49,188 nucleotides of DNA, from contig JAAYKF010000038.1 of the NCBI GenBank assembly GCA_012522535.1, positions 1 to 49,188 on the forward strand, written 5' to 3'. Positions 1 through 7,756 of the stretch are shown here, piece by piece. The position numbers and the translations under genes were made by a program. The notes beneath the pieces were generated by a model that ran no database searches, was not told the DNA's origin, and saw only the letters and a program-made list of their open reading frames with translations. Positions within the stretch are counted from its first letter, which is position 1. Each line of letters starts with the position of its first letter. Origin of the DNA: Bacteroidales bacterium. GTDB taxonomy: Bacteria > Bacteroidota > Bacteroidia > Bacteroidales > WCHB1-69.

Positions 1-121
1 GCATTCCTGCCATGCGTGCCACATGTATCCCAAAACTATGCTCGCTACCCCCCGGACTTAGCTTACGAAGAAAAACAATTTTATTGTCATACTCTTTTAC
101 AGAGATGTGATAATTTTTAAT
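1..121 (-). pseudogene. mutS: DNA mismatch repair protein MutS, C-terminal fragment only (upstream ~3/4 of the gene absent; runs off the window at position 1)
   Basis: Own minus-strand translation of 121..2 gives [40 protein letters not shown]. This matches the conserved MutS1 region ...GGxxxS[YF]GI[HQ]VAxLAG[ML]P. An in-frame TAA at 143-145 closes the frame. No MutS-like minus-strand ORF exists between 122 and 1891. Confidence 0.7.
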
Positions 122-125
122 CCTT

Positions 126-1817
126 TTCCTGACTTTATCACTTTATTTTTCTGTTATTTGTAATTGTCTAATTATCAATGTTTTGTATTTTTTGCGACAT
201 CTTTTTTGGGTGTCGCAAGTAAAAATCATCTATTTTTACATCATGTATGTACGTAAAAAACCAAATAGATCAGGAAGTACTAGTGTTGTGATTGTAGAAA
301 AACGCAATGGTAAAACATATTATCTCAAAACCATTGGTGTGAGTTCTGACCCTAAAGAGATAAATGATCTTTATTTACAGGGTAAAAGGTGGATTTCAGA
401 GCAGACAAGAGGTCTCGATATGTTTATAGAGCAATTGCGTCAAGACGAAGAAAAACTATTTGTAGAAGGATTTTTAAATAAAATAGAGCAAATTTTAATC
501 AATGGCACTCAGTTAATCTTAAATCCTATTTATAAAAGTATTGGATTTGATAAAATAAATGATGACGTATTAAAGCATTTAGTTGTATCGCGTATCTGTC
601 AACCACAAAGCAAAGTTGCTACATCTGATTATTTAAAATCCTATTTTGATGAGGATGTTGATTTGAACAAGATATATCGTTATTTAGACAAACTATCTGA
701 TACACAAAAAGATAATATACAAGAGATTAGCGTAAATCACACGAGGGAGGTTCTTGGAGGTAGTATTGGCGTAGTTTTTTATTATGTAACAACACTTTAC
801 TTTGAAACAGACCGAGATGATGAATTACGGAAGAAAGGCTGGTATAAAGATGGTAAACATTCCCAACCTCAAATAGTATTAGGGCTTTTGGTCAGTAATG
901 GCGGTTATCCACTGGCTTATTCTATACACGAAGGTAACAAATATGAAGGACATACTATGTTGCCTATTATTCGAGATTTTGTTTCAAAGTTCGATTTGAA
1001 AGACTTCATTATTGTTGCCGACTCAGGTTTAATGAATGCAGAAAATATCAAGGAATTAGAGAATAAGAATTACAAATACATAATTGGAGCAAGAATAAAA
1101 AGCGAAAATGATGTCATCAAGGAATGGATTTTATCTCAAAAGAAAGTTGTAGGTATTTTTTGTGATTATCAAAAATCAGAGGAGCAAAGATTGATTTTAG
1201 CTTACACTGAGCAACGTGCCAGAAAGGATGCTATTAACCGCGAAAAAGGTATTAAGCGACTTGAAAAAGAGTATGAAAAAGGTTCAATTACAAAAGACAA
1301 GATTAACAAAAGAGGTTATAATAAATTTTTGAAGCTTACCGACAAAATAAATGTTGAAATTGATTATACAAAAATTGAAGAAGAAGCAAAATGGGACGGT
1401 CTAAAGGGCTATGTAACCAACACTAAATTATCAGGTAGCGAAGTTTGTCAACAATATAGTGAACTCTGGCAGATTGAAAGGGCATTCCGTGTAACCAAAG
1501 GTGTATTGGATTTACGACCTATGTTTCATTTCACAAAAAAACGGATAGAAGCTCATGTATGTATATGCTTTGTGGCTTACAAAGTTTATAAAGAATTAGA
1601 GCGAGTTCTAAAAAAGAATGACATAAACATGAGTGTTGATAAAGTTTTATCCATTGCCAAGACAGTCACCACAATTAAAGTAAAGCTGCAAGAAAGTAAT
1701 GAAACAATCTCGAAAACTATGCTAATAACAGACAAACATAAATCTATTGCAAAACTATTCGAAAACAACTTTTGGCACAAAGTCTAAAAAAAGTGTCGCA
1801 TTGACGAAGTCAGGAAC
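126..1817 (+). mobile_element. IS1634-family (IS4 superfamily) insertion sequence, boundaries approximate
   Basis: Single transposase ORF. Outer inverted 10-mer TTCCTGACTT (126-135) / AAGTCAGGAA (1807-1816). Inner inverted repeat TGCGACATCTTTTTT (192-206) / AAAAAAAGTGTCGCA (1786-1800), 13/15 matched. No clear target-site duplication. Confidence 0.65.
243..1787 (+). CDS. IS1634-family DDE transposase
   Basis: N-terminus MYVRKKPNRSGSTSVVIVEK.. is typical of IS1634-type transposases. Motifs present: ..VTTLYFE.., ..IIVADSGLM.. (second D), and YSELWQIERAFRVTK (Y-R-E-K signature of IS4-type enzymes). The ORF-track start at 183 is TTG; the first ATG is at 243. Confidence 0.8.
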   Translation: MYVRKKPNRSGSTSVVIVEKRNGKTYYLKTIGVSSDPKEINDLYLQGKRWISEQTRGLDMFIEQLRQDEEKLFVEGFLNKIEQILINGTQLILNPIYKSIGFDKINDDVLKHLVVSRICQPQSKVATSDYLKSYFDEDVDLNKIYRYLDKLSDTQKDNIQEISVNHTREVLGGSIGVVFYYVTTLYFETDRDDELRKKGWYKDGKHSQPQIVLGLLVSNGGYPLAYSIHEGNKYEGHTMLPIIRDFVSKFDLKDFIIVADSGLMNAENIKELENKNYKYIIGARIKSENDVIKEWILSQKKVVGIFCDYQKSEEQRLILAYTEQRARKDAINREKGIKRLEKEYEKGSITKDKINKRGYNKFLKLTDKINVEIDYTKIEEEAKWDGLKGYVTNTKLSGSEVCQQYSELWQIERAFRVTKGVLDLRPMFHFTKKRIEAHVCICFVAYKVYKELERVLKKNDINMSVDKVLSIAKTVTTIKVKLQESNETISKTMLITDKHKSIAKLFENNFWHKV

Positions 1818-1891
1818 TTTATCCTAAGTTAATATGAAGTGCTTCGAAATTCCTGCCACTTTCCAGCCTGAAACTGTTATGCGAAGTTGTT

Positions 1892-2479
1892 TTAAAGCAA
1901 AATGGCTGAAGCTGCGTCCAGTGGGTTAAGGGCATTAACAAAGTAAATTTTGTCGAAATCTTTAATTTGATTTTCGGCAATATCAATAAGTTGAATTTTT
2001 CTCTCAGAAATCAGTTTTTGGAGCTGTGTTCCAAGCAAAAGTGCCTTGGCAGGCGAAAACAGCTTCTCCGATTTCTCGAAAATAAGATTGGAAAAAGTGG
2101 AATCGCAAACAAGACCATTTTTTACTAAGATTGCCAAAGTGTCCTTGGAGGTGTTTTTAGAAATTTGATCAAAAATTTGACGATTGGCAAATTTGAAATC
2201 ATAATTAAAATCGGAAGGAATATGAAAACACTTATATTTTGAAAAATTTGGCTTTTGATATTCTAAAATCTCCAATGTTCTAATCTCTGAATCATAAACA
2301 ATTCTGATTTTATAAAGCTCATTTTCAGGAAGATGTATGTTTTGAAGTGTGGTTTTTATATCAAAAGCATTTGAATTGGGAAAAAACTCCAAGAAAGTTT
2401 TTTCAACTCTTTTTTGATGCAATTCTAAGTTAAATAACTCGCCATTTTTTAGCCTAATGGACTCAATAAATTGGCACAT
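1892..2479 (-). CDS. pabC: aminodeoxychorismate lyase-like protein (class IV aminotransferase fold)
   Basis: Short (195 aa) class-IV-aminotransferase-like sequence (..FKFANR.., ..CDSTFSNLIF..). It overlaps the upstream chorismate-binding enzyme gene by 17 nt, the typical Bacteroidetes pabB/pabC pairing. Confidence 0.5.
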   Translation of the reverse strand: MCQFIESIRLKNGELFNLELHQKRVEKTFLEFFPNSNAFDIKTTLQNIHLPENELYKIRIVYDSEIRTLEILEYQKPNFSKYKCFHIPSDFNYDFKFANRQIFDQISKNTSKDTLAILVKNGLVCDSTFSNLIFEKSEKLFSPAKALLLGTQLQKLISERKIQLIDIAENQIKDFDKIYFVNALNPLDAASAILL

Positions 2480-3425
2480 AAATTTTCTTTATTAGTTCGT
2501 CATACTCTTTTTTCATTTCACTGTTTTGGGTAATTCCGCCACCACTTTTATAGAAAAACTTGCCATTATCTTTCTCTATAAAACGAATCATAACAGCAGA
2601 ATCCAACGTTTTTCCATCGAAAATTCCCATCACGCCAGTATAGAAATTTCTTCGGTAATTTTCCACTTCGTGGATGATTTTAATACTTTCATCTTTCGGA
2701 AAACCACAAATTGAGCCAGCAGGCAAAAGTTTGTCCAAAATGCTTCCAATATTTTTAGCCCAATCATTTTGAATATTGCCACAAATTTCAGAACTAACTT
2801 GCAACAGCTCTCTATCTCTATTTTTTATCTTGCTGATAAATCTAAATCGTTCTGTTCGTACGTTTTTTGCAATTTTCTGCAAATCTTCGCTAAGCAAATT
2901 CACCGCATCTTTATGCTCCAAAATCTCTTTTTTGTCGTTCAAAATTATCTCTTCAGCATTGGGAATACTGGCATCTATGGTGCCTTTCATGGGATAGGTG
3001 CTAATTGTATTATTGGAGATTTTTATGAAAATTTCGGGAGAAAAAACTGTAAATTCATCTTTTAAATATAGCTTGTATTTCGCTTTGGAAGCATGAAAAA
3101 TCTCTTCTAAACTAAAATTCGACTCCACAGCTGTGGGTGATGTTAGGTTGATTAGAGAAATTTTCCCTTGGTGAATATTTTGCATTATTTTTTGAAATTT
3201 TGCATCATATTCCGCCATGGAAACAAGCTCTTTTTTGAAAATTAATTCTTTCTTGATTTCTATATCTTGGTAGTTTTTCTCACCTCCAAAGTTATAAAGT
3301 ACTTTATTGTTATCAGCTGGTAGCGGGAAAATTTTAACATCGGTTTTTTCAAAATTTATCAAAAAAAGAAAAGCTTTTTTCTCTTTTCCCATCTGATTCA
3401 TCAGTTGAATATGCTCGGATTTCAT
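2463..3425 (-). CDS. pabB: aminodeoxychorismate synthase component I-like chorismate-binding enzyme
   Basis: Chorismate-binding domain motifs: STYPMKGTI, KEILEHKDAVNLLSEDL, GSICGFPK, RNFYTGVMG, GGGIT. Followed by a pabC-like gene. Confidence 0.65.
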   Translation of the reverse strand: MKSEHIQLMNQMGKEKKAFLFLINFEKTDVKIFPLPADNNKVLYNFGGEKNYQDIEIKKELIFKKELVSMAEYDAKFQKIMQNIHQGKISLINLTSPTAVESNFSLEEIFHASKAKYKLYLKDEFTVFSPEIFIKISNNTISTYPMKGTIDASIPNAEEIILNDKKEILEHKDAVNLLSEDLQKIAKNVRTERFRFISKIKNRDRELLQVSSEICGNIQNDWAKNIGSILDKLLPAGSICGFPKDESIKIIHEVENYRRNFYTGVMGIFDGKTLDSAVMIRFIEKDNGKFFYKSGGGITQNSEMKKEYDELIKKIYVPIY

Positions 3426-4873
3426 TTTATTTTCAGCGGTTTAAGTTCTATTCGTCCAATATTACGACTGTTTTTATCTCTTAAGTTTATAAGTTTGTGA
3501 ACACTATCTCTCCTCAAGGCTGAAACTTTTAGATAGGCAATTTTGTCTGGAGAGCAGAGCTGAAAACTACCCCATTTATCGCTAAAAGTGAAAACATGTT
3601 TTTGCCACTTATTATTCCATGCATAAATTACAGCATCTTCTATTGGCTTTCCTTTTTCGTCCTCCACAGTGCCGCTAACGCTGTATGTGCAGTCGGTTTT
3701 GCGGTAGTAGTGCATATCATCAGCTTTGTTGCAACCTCTGCATTGATTTTCCGAAATTTTATTTTTAAAAACTTCAGTAACAGGCTTCTCTTTGCCATCA
3801 TAATCCAAAATTCCAAACCAATTTTGTTCGCTACCCCAAAAGACATCTTTGTAAACCCACCACGAAAATCCGGCAGCTCCGCAACAATAGGCATGTTTGA
3901 GAATAAATTCGGCATAATCTTTCTGCTTCTGGGCATCGCCCCACGACTTATATTCACTCTCTCTGTTTGTGCCACTAAAGCCTGTTTCGCCAATAATCCA
4001 TGTTTTGTCGATATTGTTGGAAATCCAGTTTATCGAAGCTTCCACAAACCTGAAGTTTTGAGAATTTGGGTAGAGGTGAAAGCTCAAAAAGTCGCATTTT
4101 ACTATGCTTGGATCCCAAATTAAAACATCTTCATGACCCATTAAACCGTAGGTGATTAAGGTGTTTTTGTCATTTTTTCGAACTGCTTTGTACCACATAT
4201 CACTCACCTTAATAACCTCTTTTTTGCTAAACGAAATTGAGGTGGAATAAACAGGTTCGTTATATAAATCGTAAGCTAAAATAGCATTATAGTTGTTGAG
4301 TTTTTTGGTTAAAACATCCAACCAAAGGGCATATTGTTTGGAAATTCTGTCCCTTTGTAGCTGCGATTTTCCGCTCAACAAAATCACCTTCAATCCGGCA
4401 TCTTGAGCCTCATCTATCACTTTTTCTACCAAATCGGCAAGAATTTCACCATAATTTGGGTTATAAACAATCTCAACATTTTCCAAATCTGTCCCCTTTT
4501 TAGATAAAAAGCACATCCTTTTATCCGATTTTCTGCTACTTGAAAACATCTCCAATCCGCACAAGCGTACGGTGTTGAAACCCAATTCTTTGATTTTTAT
4601 AAAGTCGGAAAAGAGTGCCATTAGAGCGTCAGTTTCGGTATGACAACAGCGGGCATTGTCGTTGCTGTATCCGTGATGCGGCGAGAGCCAGAAGCTTTTT
4701 CCATCATCGGTGCAAATATCCATTTGATAGTTCAAAACCATGGGGTAGAACGGAACAGAATCTTGGAAGAATTTTCCATTTTTTAGTTCTATTTTACCAG
4801 CTGAATCTTGAGCTACAAGAAGTTTTGTAAATATGAAAAGAGATAAAACAAAAATGATTTTAAGCCTCTTCAT
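3422..4873 (-). CDS. secreted GH5-like (clan GH-A) glycoside hydrolase with C-terminal carboxypeptidase-regulatory-like domain
   Basis: Signal peptide MKRLKIIFVLSLFIFTKLLVAQ. Acid/base motif DLYNEP and nucleophile motif WIIGETG. C-terminal SGTVEDEKGKPIEDAVIYA. The ORF-track start at 4894 is TTG; the ATG at 4873 gives a clean signal peptide. Confidence 0.6.
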   Translation of the reverse strand: MKRLKIIFVLSLFIFTKLLVAQDSAGKIELKNGKFFQDSVPFYPMVLNYQMDICTDDGKSFWLSPHHGYSNDNARCCHTETDALMALFSDFIKIKELGFNTVRLCGLEMFSSSRKSDKRMCFLSKKGTDLENVEIVYNPNYGEILADLVEKVIDEAQDAGLKVILLSGKSQLQRDRISKQYALWLDVLTKKLNNYNAILAYDLYNEPVYSTSISFSKKEVIKVSDMWYKAVRKNDKNTLITYGLMGHEDVLIWDPSIVKCDFLSFHLYPNSQNFRFVEASINWISNNIDKTWIIGETGFSGTNRESEYKSWGDAQKQKDYAEFILKHAYCCGAAGFSWWVYKDVFWGSEQNWFGILDYDGKEKPVTEVFKNKISENQCRGCNKADDMHYYRKTDCTYSVSGTVEDEKGKPIEDAVIYAWNNKWQKHVFTFSDKWGSFQLCSPDKIAYLKVSALRRDSVHKLINLRDKNSRNIGRIELKPLKIK

Positions 4874-5798
4874 AAGCCTCTTTTTTATGTCCAAAATATT
4901 TATAAATAAGCCAAATTGTTACCAAAGATAGAGCAAAAAGAATGATATTTACAAATATATTTCCTGTGCTACCAAAATCCTCATATTTTATATCTGTTTG
5001 TCCTGAAAAATAGAAATAAGCTACAAAAACACTTATGGCATTATTGGTGAAATGTGCAGCAATGGAAGCCCATAGCGACTTGCTATAAGCAAAAATATAT
5101 CCCAAAATCATTCCTAAAATCACTCGTGGAACAAAAGCAAAAAAATCGAAATGGGCAGCACTGAAAATAAATGCTGCAATAAAAACACTAAGATGTACGC
5201 TTTTTATATGTTTTTGCAAAGTGCTTTGCAATGCACCGCGAAACAGTAATTCTTCGCAAATGGCTGGTATTAAGGCGATTATAAGAAGATTGAGAGTTAG
5301 AGTTCCAAAATTATCGGCAAAAACAATTTCTTCCATTATTCTATTGCTACTCTCACTGCTGGCCAACAAAGCATTTTCTAGTTCTGACAGCGATTCGGGG
5401 AATGTCAATGACATGTTCCATTCCACAATATTGCTTGTGAAAGGGATAGCTAAAATAATTGCTAAAGCAGAAATAATAAGTAAACTAAACTTTGGTTTGT
5501 GATTGATTTTCAGGTAATTACCCGCATTTTTTGTAATTAGCCTAACAAAAATTATTCCTCCCAAAGCAAAGACCAAAACTTGAGTGAAAACCTGTGATAT
5601 TTTCACCAAATTGATATTGAAACTTTCACTTTCTACATTATAAAAATCCTCCAAACCAACACCAGAAATAGCCGATAAAATCAGTACTATGGCTGTGGGC
5701 ATTATTATGCTCAAAAAGAAAAAGAGCAACACAAAGACCACTATTTTGTGAAATAAATTTTTGTTTTTTAGGAATGTAAAATCCAAAAGATTGCTCAT
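4860..5798 (-). CDS. CPBP family intramembrane glutamic endopeptidase (CAAX-protease-like)
   Basis: Polytopic membrane protein with the three CPBP motifs: CEELLFRG, FIFSAAHF, HFTNN. Confidence 0.75.
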   Translation of the reverse strand: MSNLLDFTFLKNKNLFHKIVVFVLLFFFLSIIMPTAIVLILSAISGVGLEDFYNVESESFNINLVKISQVFTQVLVFALGGIIFVRLITKNAGNYLKINHKPKFSLLIISALAIILAIPFTSNIVEWNMSLTFPESLSELENALLASSESSNRIMEEIVFADNFGTLTLNLLIIALIPAICEELLFRGALQSTLQKHIKSVHLSVFIAAFIFSAAHFDFFAFVPRVILGMILGYIFAYSKSLWASIAAHFTNNAISVFVAYFYFSGQTDIKYEDFGSTGNIFVNIILFALSLVTIWLIYKYFGHKKEAYEEA

Positions 5799-5803
5799 TT
5801 AGT

Positions 5804-6646
5804 TTATTGAATAAATGAATATAAAAGTTCAATTTCTTGTTTCCACAGCTCTTCGTTGGGAGTTTCCAAAACCATTGGAATGTTGTCAAAACGAGGGTCG
5901 TTCATAATTAGCCTAAAAACCTCTTCGCCAATGGTGCCCATGCCAATATTGTCATGCCTATCCACTCTGCTGCCAAGTTCTTTTTTGGAGTCGTTGAGGT
6001 GCATCCCTTTTAGATATTTGAAGCCAATAACATCATCAAAATGCTTGAAGGTTTTTTCGAAGCCCTCTTTGTGGGCAAGGTCGTAACCGGCAGAATAGCT
6101 GTGGCAAGTGTCGATGCAAACGCCCACCCTTGATTTGTCTTCCACCCTTTCTATAATATGTGCAATTGGCTCAAATTTAAGGCCCACGTTTGTGCCTTGA
6201 CCCGCGGTATTCTCAATGACAGCTATTACGCCATTGGTTTTGTCTAAGGCTATATTTATGGATTCGGCAATGGTGTTTAGGCACTCCTCTTCGGAGATTT
6301 TGTTGAGGTGGCTTCCGGGATGAAAGTTAAGTCTGTCCAAGCCTAATTGCTCACATCTTTGAAGTTCATCTATAAAAGCATCTCTCGATTTTTCCAAATT
6401 CTCCTTTTCGGGATGTCCCAAGTTTTGTAAATAGCTATTATGTGGTAAAATTTGGAATGGCTGAAAATCGTGCTTCTCGCAAAGCTCTCTAAAGCTTTTA
6501 ATGCTTTTTGGTGAAAGTGGTGCTGCCGCCCACTGACGTTGATTTTTAGTAAATAAGGCAAAAGCTTTTGCTCCAATTTCCACGGCATTTTTTACAGCAT
6601 TTTCTACTCCGCCTGATGCGCTTACATGTGCTCCTACATATTTCAT
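5804..6646 (-). CDS. nfo: deoxyribonuclease IV (endonuclease IV)
   Basis: [13 protein letters not shown].., ..NFHPGSH.., ..IENTAGQG.., ..CIDTCH.., ..HLNDSK.. are Nfo metal-site motifs. The ORF-track start at 6652 is TTG; the ATG is at 6646. Confidence 0.9.
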   Translation of the reverse strand: MKYVGAHVSASGGVENAVKNAVEIGAKAFALFTKNQRQWAAAPLSPKSIKSFRELCEKHDFQPFQILPHNSYLQNLGHPEKENLEKSRDAFIDELQRCEQLGLDRLNFHPGSHLNKISEEECLNTIAESINIALDKTNGVIAVIENTAGQGTNVGLKFEPIAHIIERVEDKSRVGVCIDTCHSYSAGYDLAHKEGFEKTFKHFDDVIGFKYLKGMHLNDSKKELGSRVDRHDNIGMGTIGEEVFRLIMNDPRFDNIPMVLETPNEELWKQEIELLYSFIQ

Positions 6647-6657
6647 TTTCAAATAGT

Positions 6658-6987
6658 TTAATCAGTTAATTCAACAAAATTATCTCCCTGACGCTCCAAT
6701 TCCTTGCCTATGGGCAAACTCAAATGTGGAATTATAGCCTGATCGAAATGGGCAATAATATTCACGTCAAAAATTTTGCCATTAAATGGGTCGTCTAAGT
6801 ACTCTTCGGTTTCGTCGCCGGCCAAAAAACGCCAGCCGCTATCCTCTTCGTCGTAAGGCTCTTCGCGGTACATAAAGCCCACCTTTTCGCCATCAACGGT
6901 GATGCGATTGGAGGCAATGCAAAAACCTATGGGATTTATCACCTGAGGAATATCATCAATGGGTATGGTAAATTTTATCTTTTTCAT
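6658..6987 (-). CDS. DUF2185 / Imm33-like small acidic protein
   Basis: 109 aa with ..[20 protein letters not shown].. This resembles the DSGW core I recall for DUF2185 (Imm33). The assignment is from memory only. Confidence 0.45.
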   Translation of the reverse strand: MKKIKFTIPIDDIPQVINPIGFCIASNRITVDGEKVGFMYREEPYDEEDSGWRFLAGDETEEYLDDPFNGKIFDVNIIAHFDQAIIPHLSLPIGKELERQGDNFVELTD

Positions 6988-7004
6988 AAAAATGCAATTT
7001 CATA

Positions 7005-7012
7005 CAAAGTTA
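7005..7012 (-). promoter_or_regulatory. Bacteroidetes-type -7 promoter box (TAACTTTG on minus strand)
   Basis: Matches TAnnTTTG. It lies 17 nt upstream of the ATG at 6987, at the head of a same-strand six-gene run (6987 down to 1892). Confidence 0.4.
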
Positions 7013-7025
7013 AGTGTTTTTATTT

Positions 7026-7085
7026 GAATATGAATTAGAATGGGTTAAAACCACATTCTAATTCATATTCGTTCTAATTCATATT
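7026..7085. repeat. perfect 17-bp inverted repeat (hairpin) followed by a tandem 14-nt direct repeat
   Basis: GAATATGAATTAGAATG (7026-7042) and CATTCTAATTCATATTC (7054-7070) are exact reverse complements. The loop GGTTAAAACCA is itself partly self-complementary. TTCTAATTCATATT occurs at 7057-7070 and again at 7072-7085. Confidence 0.8.
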
Positions 7086-7138
7086 TTGGCATGTTTTGAG
7101 TTTTCAGATTTTTAATTGGTTCATAAATTTTCATTGGC

Positions 7139-7570
7139 TTATGAATTTCCATTGGCTTCAGCCAGTGGAAATTCGTCGCACTCATTTTCAAATGTTTTTT
7201 TCTTATGATGCTCCTCTTGATTTTTGATATATTCCCTCACATTGTACAATGCGGATTCTGAAACCGAAACTGCATAATATTCCTCTTGCCATTGAAACTT
7301 CTCTTTTGTTAAATGGTTTTTATTTATCCAATATGATGACTCACCTTTTATTAACTGCATCAATTTTTGAATGGTTTGGTCTCTATTTAACGAGACTAAG
7401 CAGTGGCAATGGTCGGAGTATCCGCTAACAAAATCGACAAATATCCCTTTTTCCTTGGCATTTTCTCTAATATGATTCCACACCTTTAGCCTTAGCTCCT
7501 TTGTGTTCAAAAATGGATACCTGTTTTTTGTTGTCCAAACAAAATGTATATAAATCTTTACGAATGGCAT
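7139..7570 (-). CDS. IS200/IS605-like Y1 (HUH) transposase, REP-associated tyrosine transposase (RAYT)-like
   Basis: IYIHFVWTTKNRYPFL, HUH motif DHCHCLV, WQEEYYAVSV (Tyr region), YIKNQEEHH. There is no tnpB partner. The ORF-track start at 7606 is TTG and overlaps a -7 box; the ATG is at 7570. Confidence 0.75.
   Translation of the reverse strand: MPFVKIYIHFVWTTKNRYPFLNTKELRLKVWNHIRENAKEKGIFVDFVSGYSDHCHCLVSLNRDQTIQKLMQLIKGESSYWINKNHLTKEKFQWQEEYYAVSVSESALYNVREYIKNQEEHHKKKTFENECDEFPLAEANGNS
7146..7171. repeat. hairpin TTTCCATTGGC-TTCA-GCCAGTGGAAA inside the last codons of the RAYT-like gene, with a third half-site upstream on the plus strand
   Basis: 11-bp arms with one mismatch (G-T if RNA). 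A related half-site TTTTCATTGGC lies at 7128-7138. The arms encode the C-terminal ..FPLAEANGNS. Confidence 0.6.
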
Positions 7571-7595
7571 CGTTCCCCTTCTTCTAATTTTTCCC

Positions 7596-7603
7596 CAAAT
7601 ATA
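7596..7603 (-). promoter_or_regulatory. -7 promoter box (TATATTTG on minus strand)
   Basis: TAnnTTTG 25 nt upstream of the ATG at 7570. Confidence 0.35.
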
Positions 7604-7721
7604 CAAAATCCATTAATACAAAAAGAGTTAATTTTGGTGTAGTTATTTAACACTCTTATTTGGCAAATGCTTTAGAAAGGTTAAACAAGTTGAAATATAA
7701 AATGTCGATACAATATTTATG

Positions 7722-7729
7722 TATTTTTG
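7722..7729 (+). promoter_or_regulatory. -7 promoter box (TATTTTTG)
   Basis: TAnnTTTG 27 nt upstream of the ATG at 7757. No good -33 TTTG at the expected spacing. Confidence 0.3.
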
Positions 7730-7756
7730 TGAACTAAAACGTTTTAAGCTATTATC

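Noticed and set aside
3-12. 10-mer ATTCCTGCCA at 3-12 and again at 1850-1859, considered as a duplication linked to the IS.
   Set aside because: The copies are not adjacent to the IS ends. One lies inside the conserved MutS coding stub. A single 10-mer recurrence is compatible with chance.
1818-1891. Possibility that the sequence right of the IS continues mutS (simple insertion).
   Set aside because: I translated all three minus-strand frames (ALKQLRITVSGWKVAGISKHFILT*, FKTTSHNSFRLESGRNFEALHINLG*, and one with an immediate stop). None resembles the ATHYHEL... region expected upstream of the stub, and only 74 nt are available.
3596-4123. Long antisense/shadow ORFs in the track, for example 3596-4123 (+), 8261-8620 (-), 9074-9538 (-), 10049-10456 (-), 19504-19854 (+), 20967-21308 (+), 33594-33884 (-), 41604-41954 (+).
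   Set aside because: Each lies entirely inside a longer, motif-supported gene on the opposite strand or in another frame. Each translates to low-complexity F/I/L/S-rich sequence with no recognisable motif, which is typical of shadow ORFs in AT-rich DNA.
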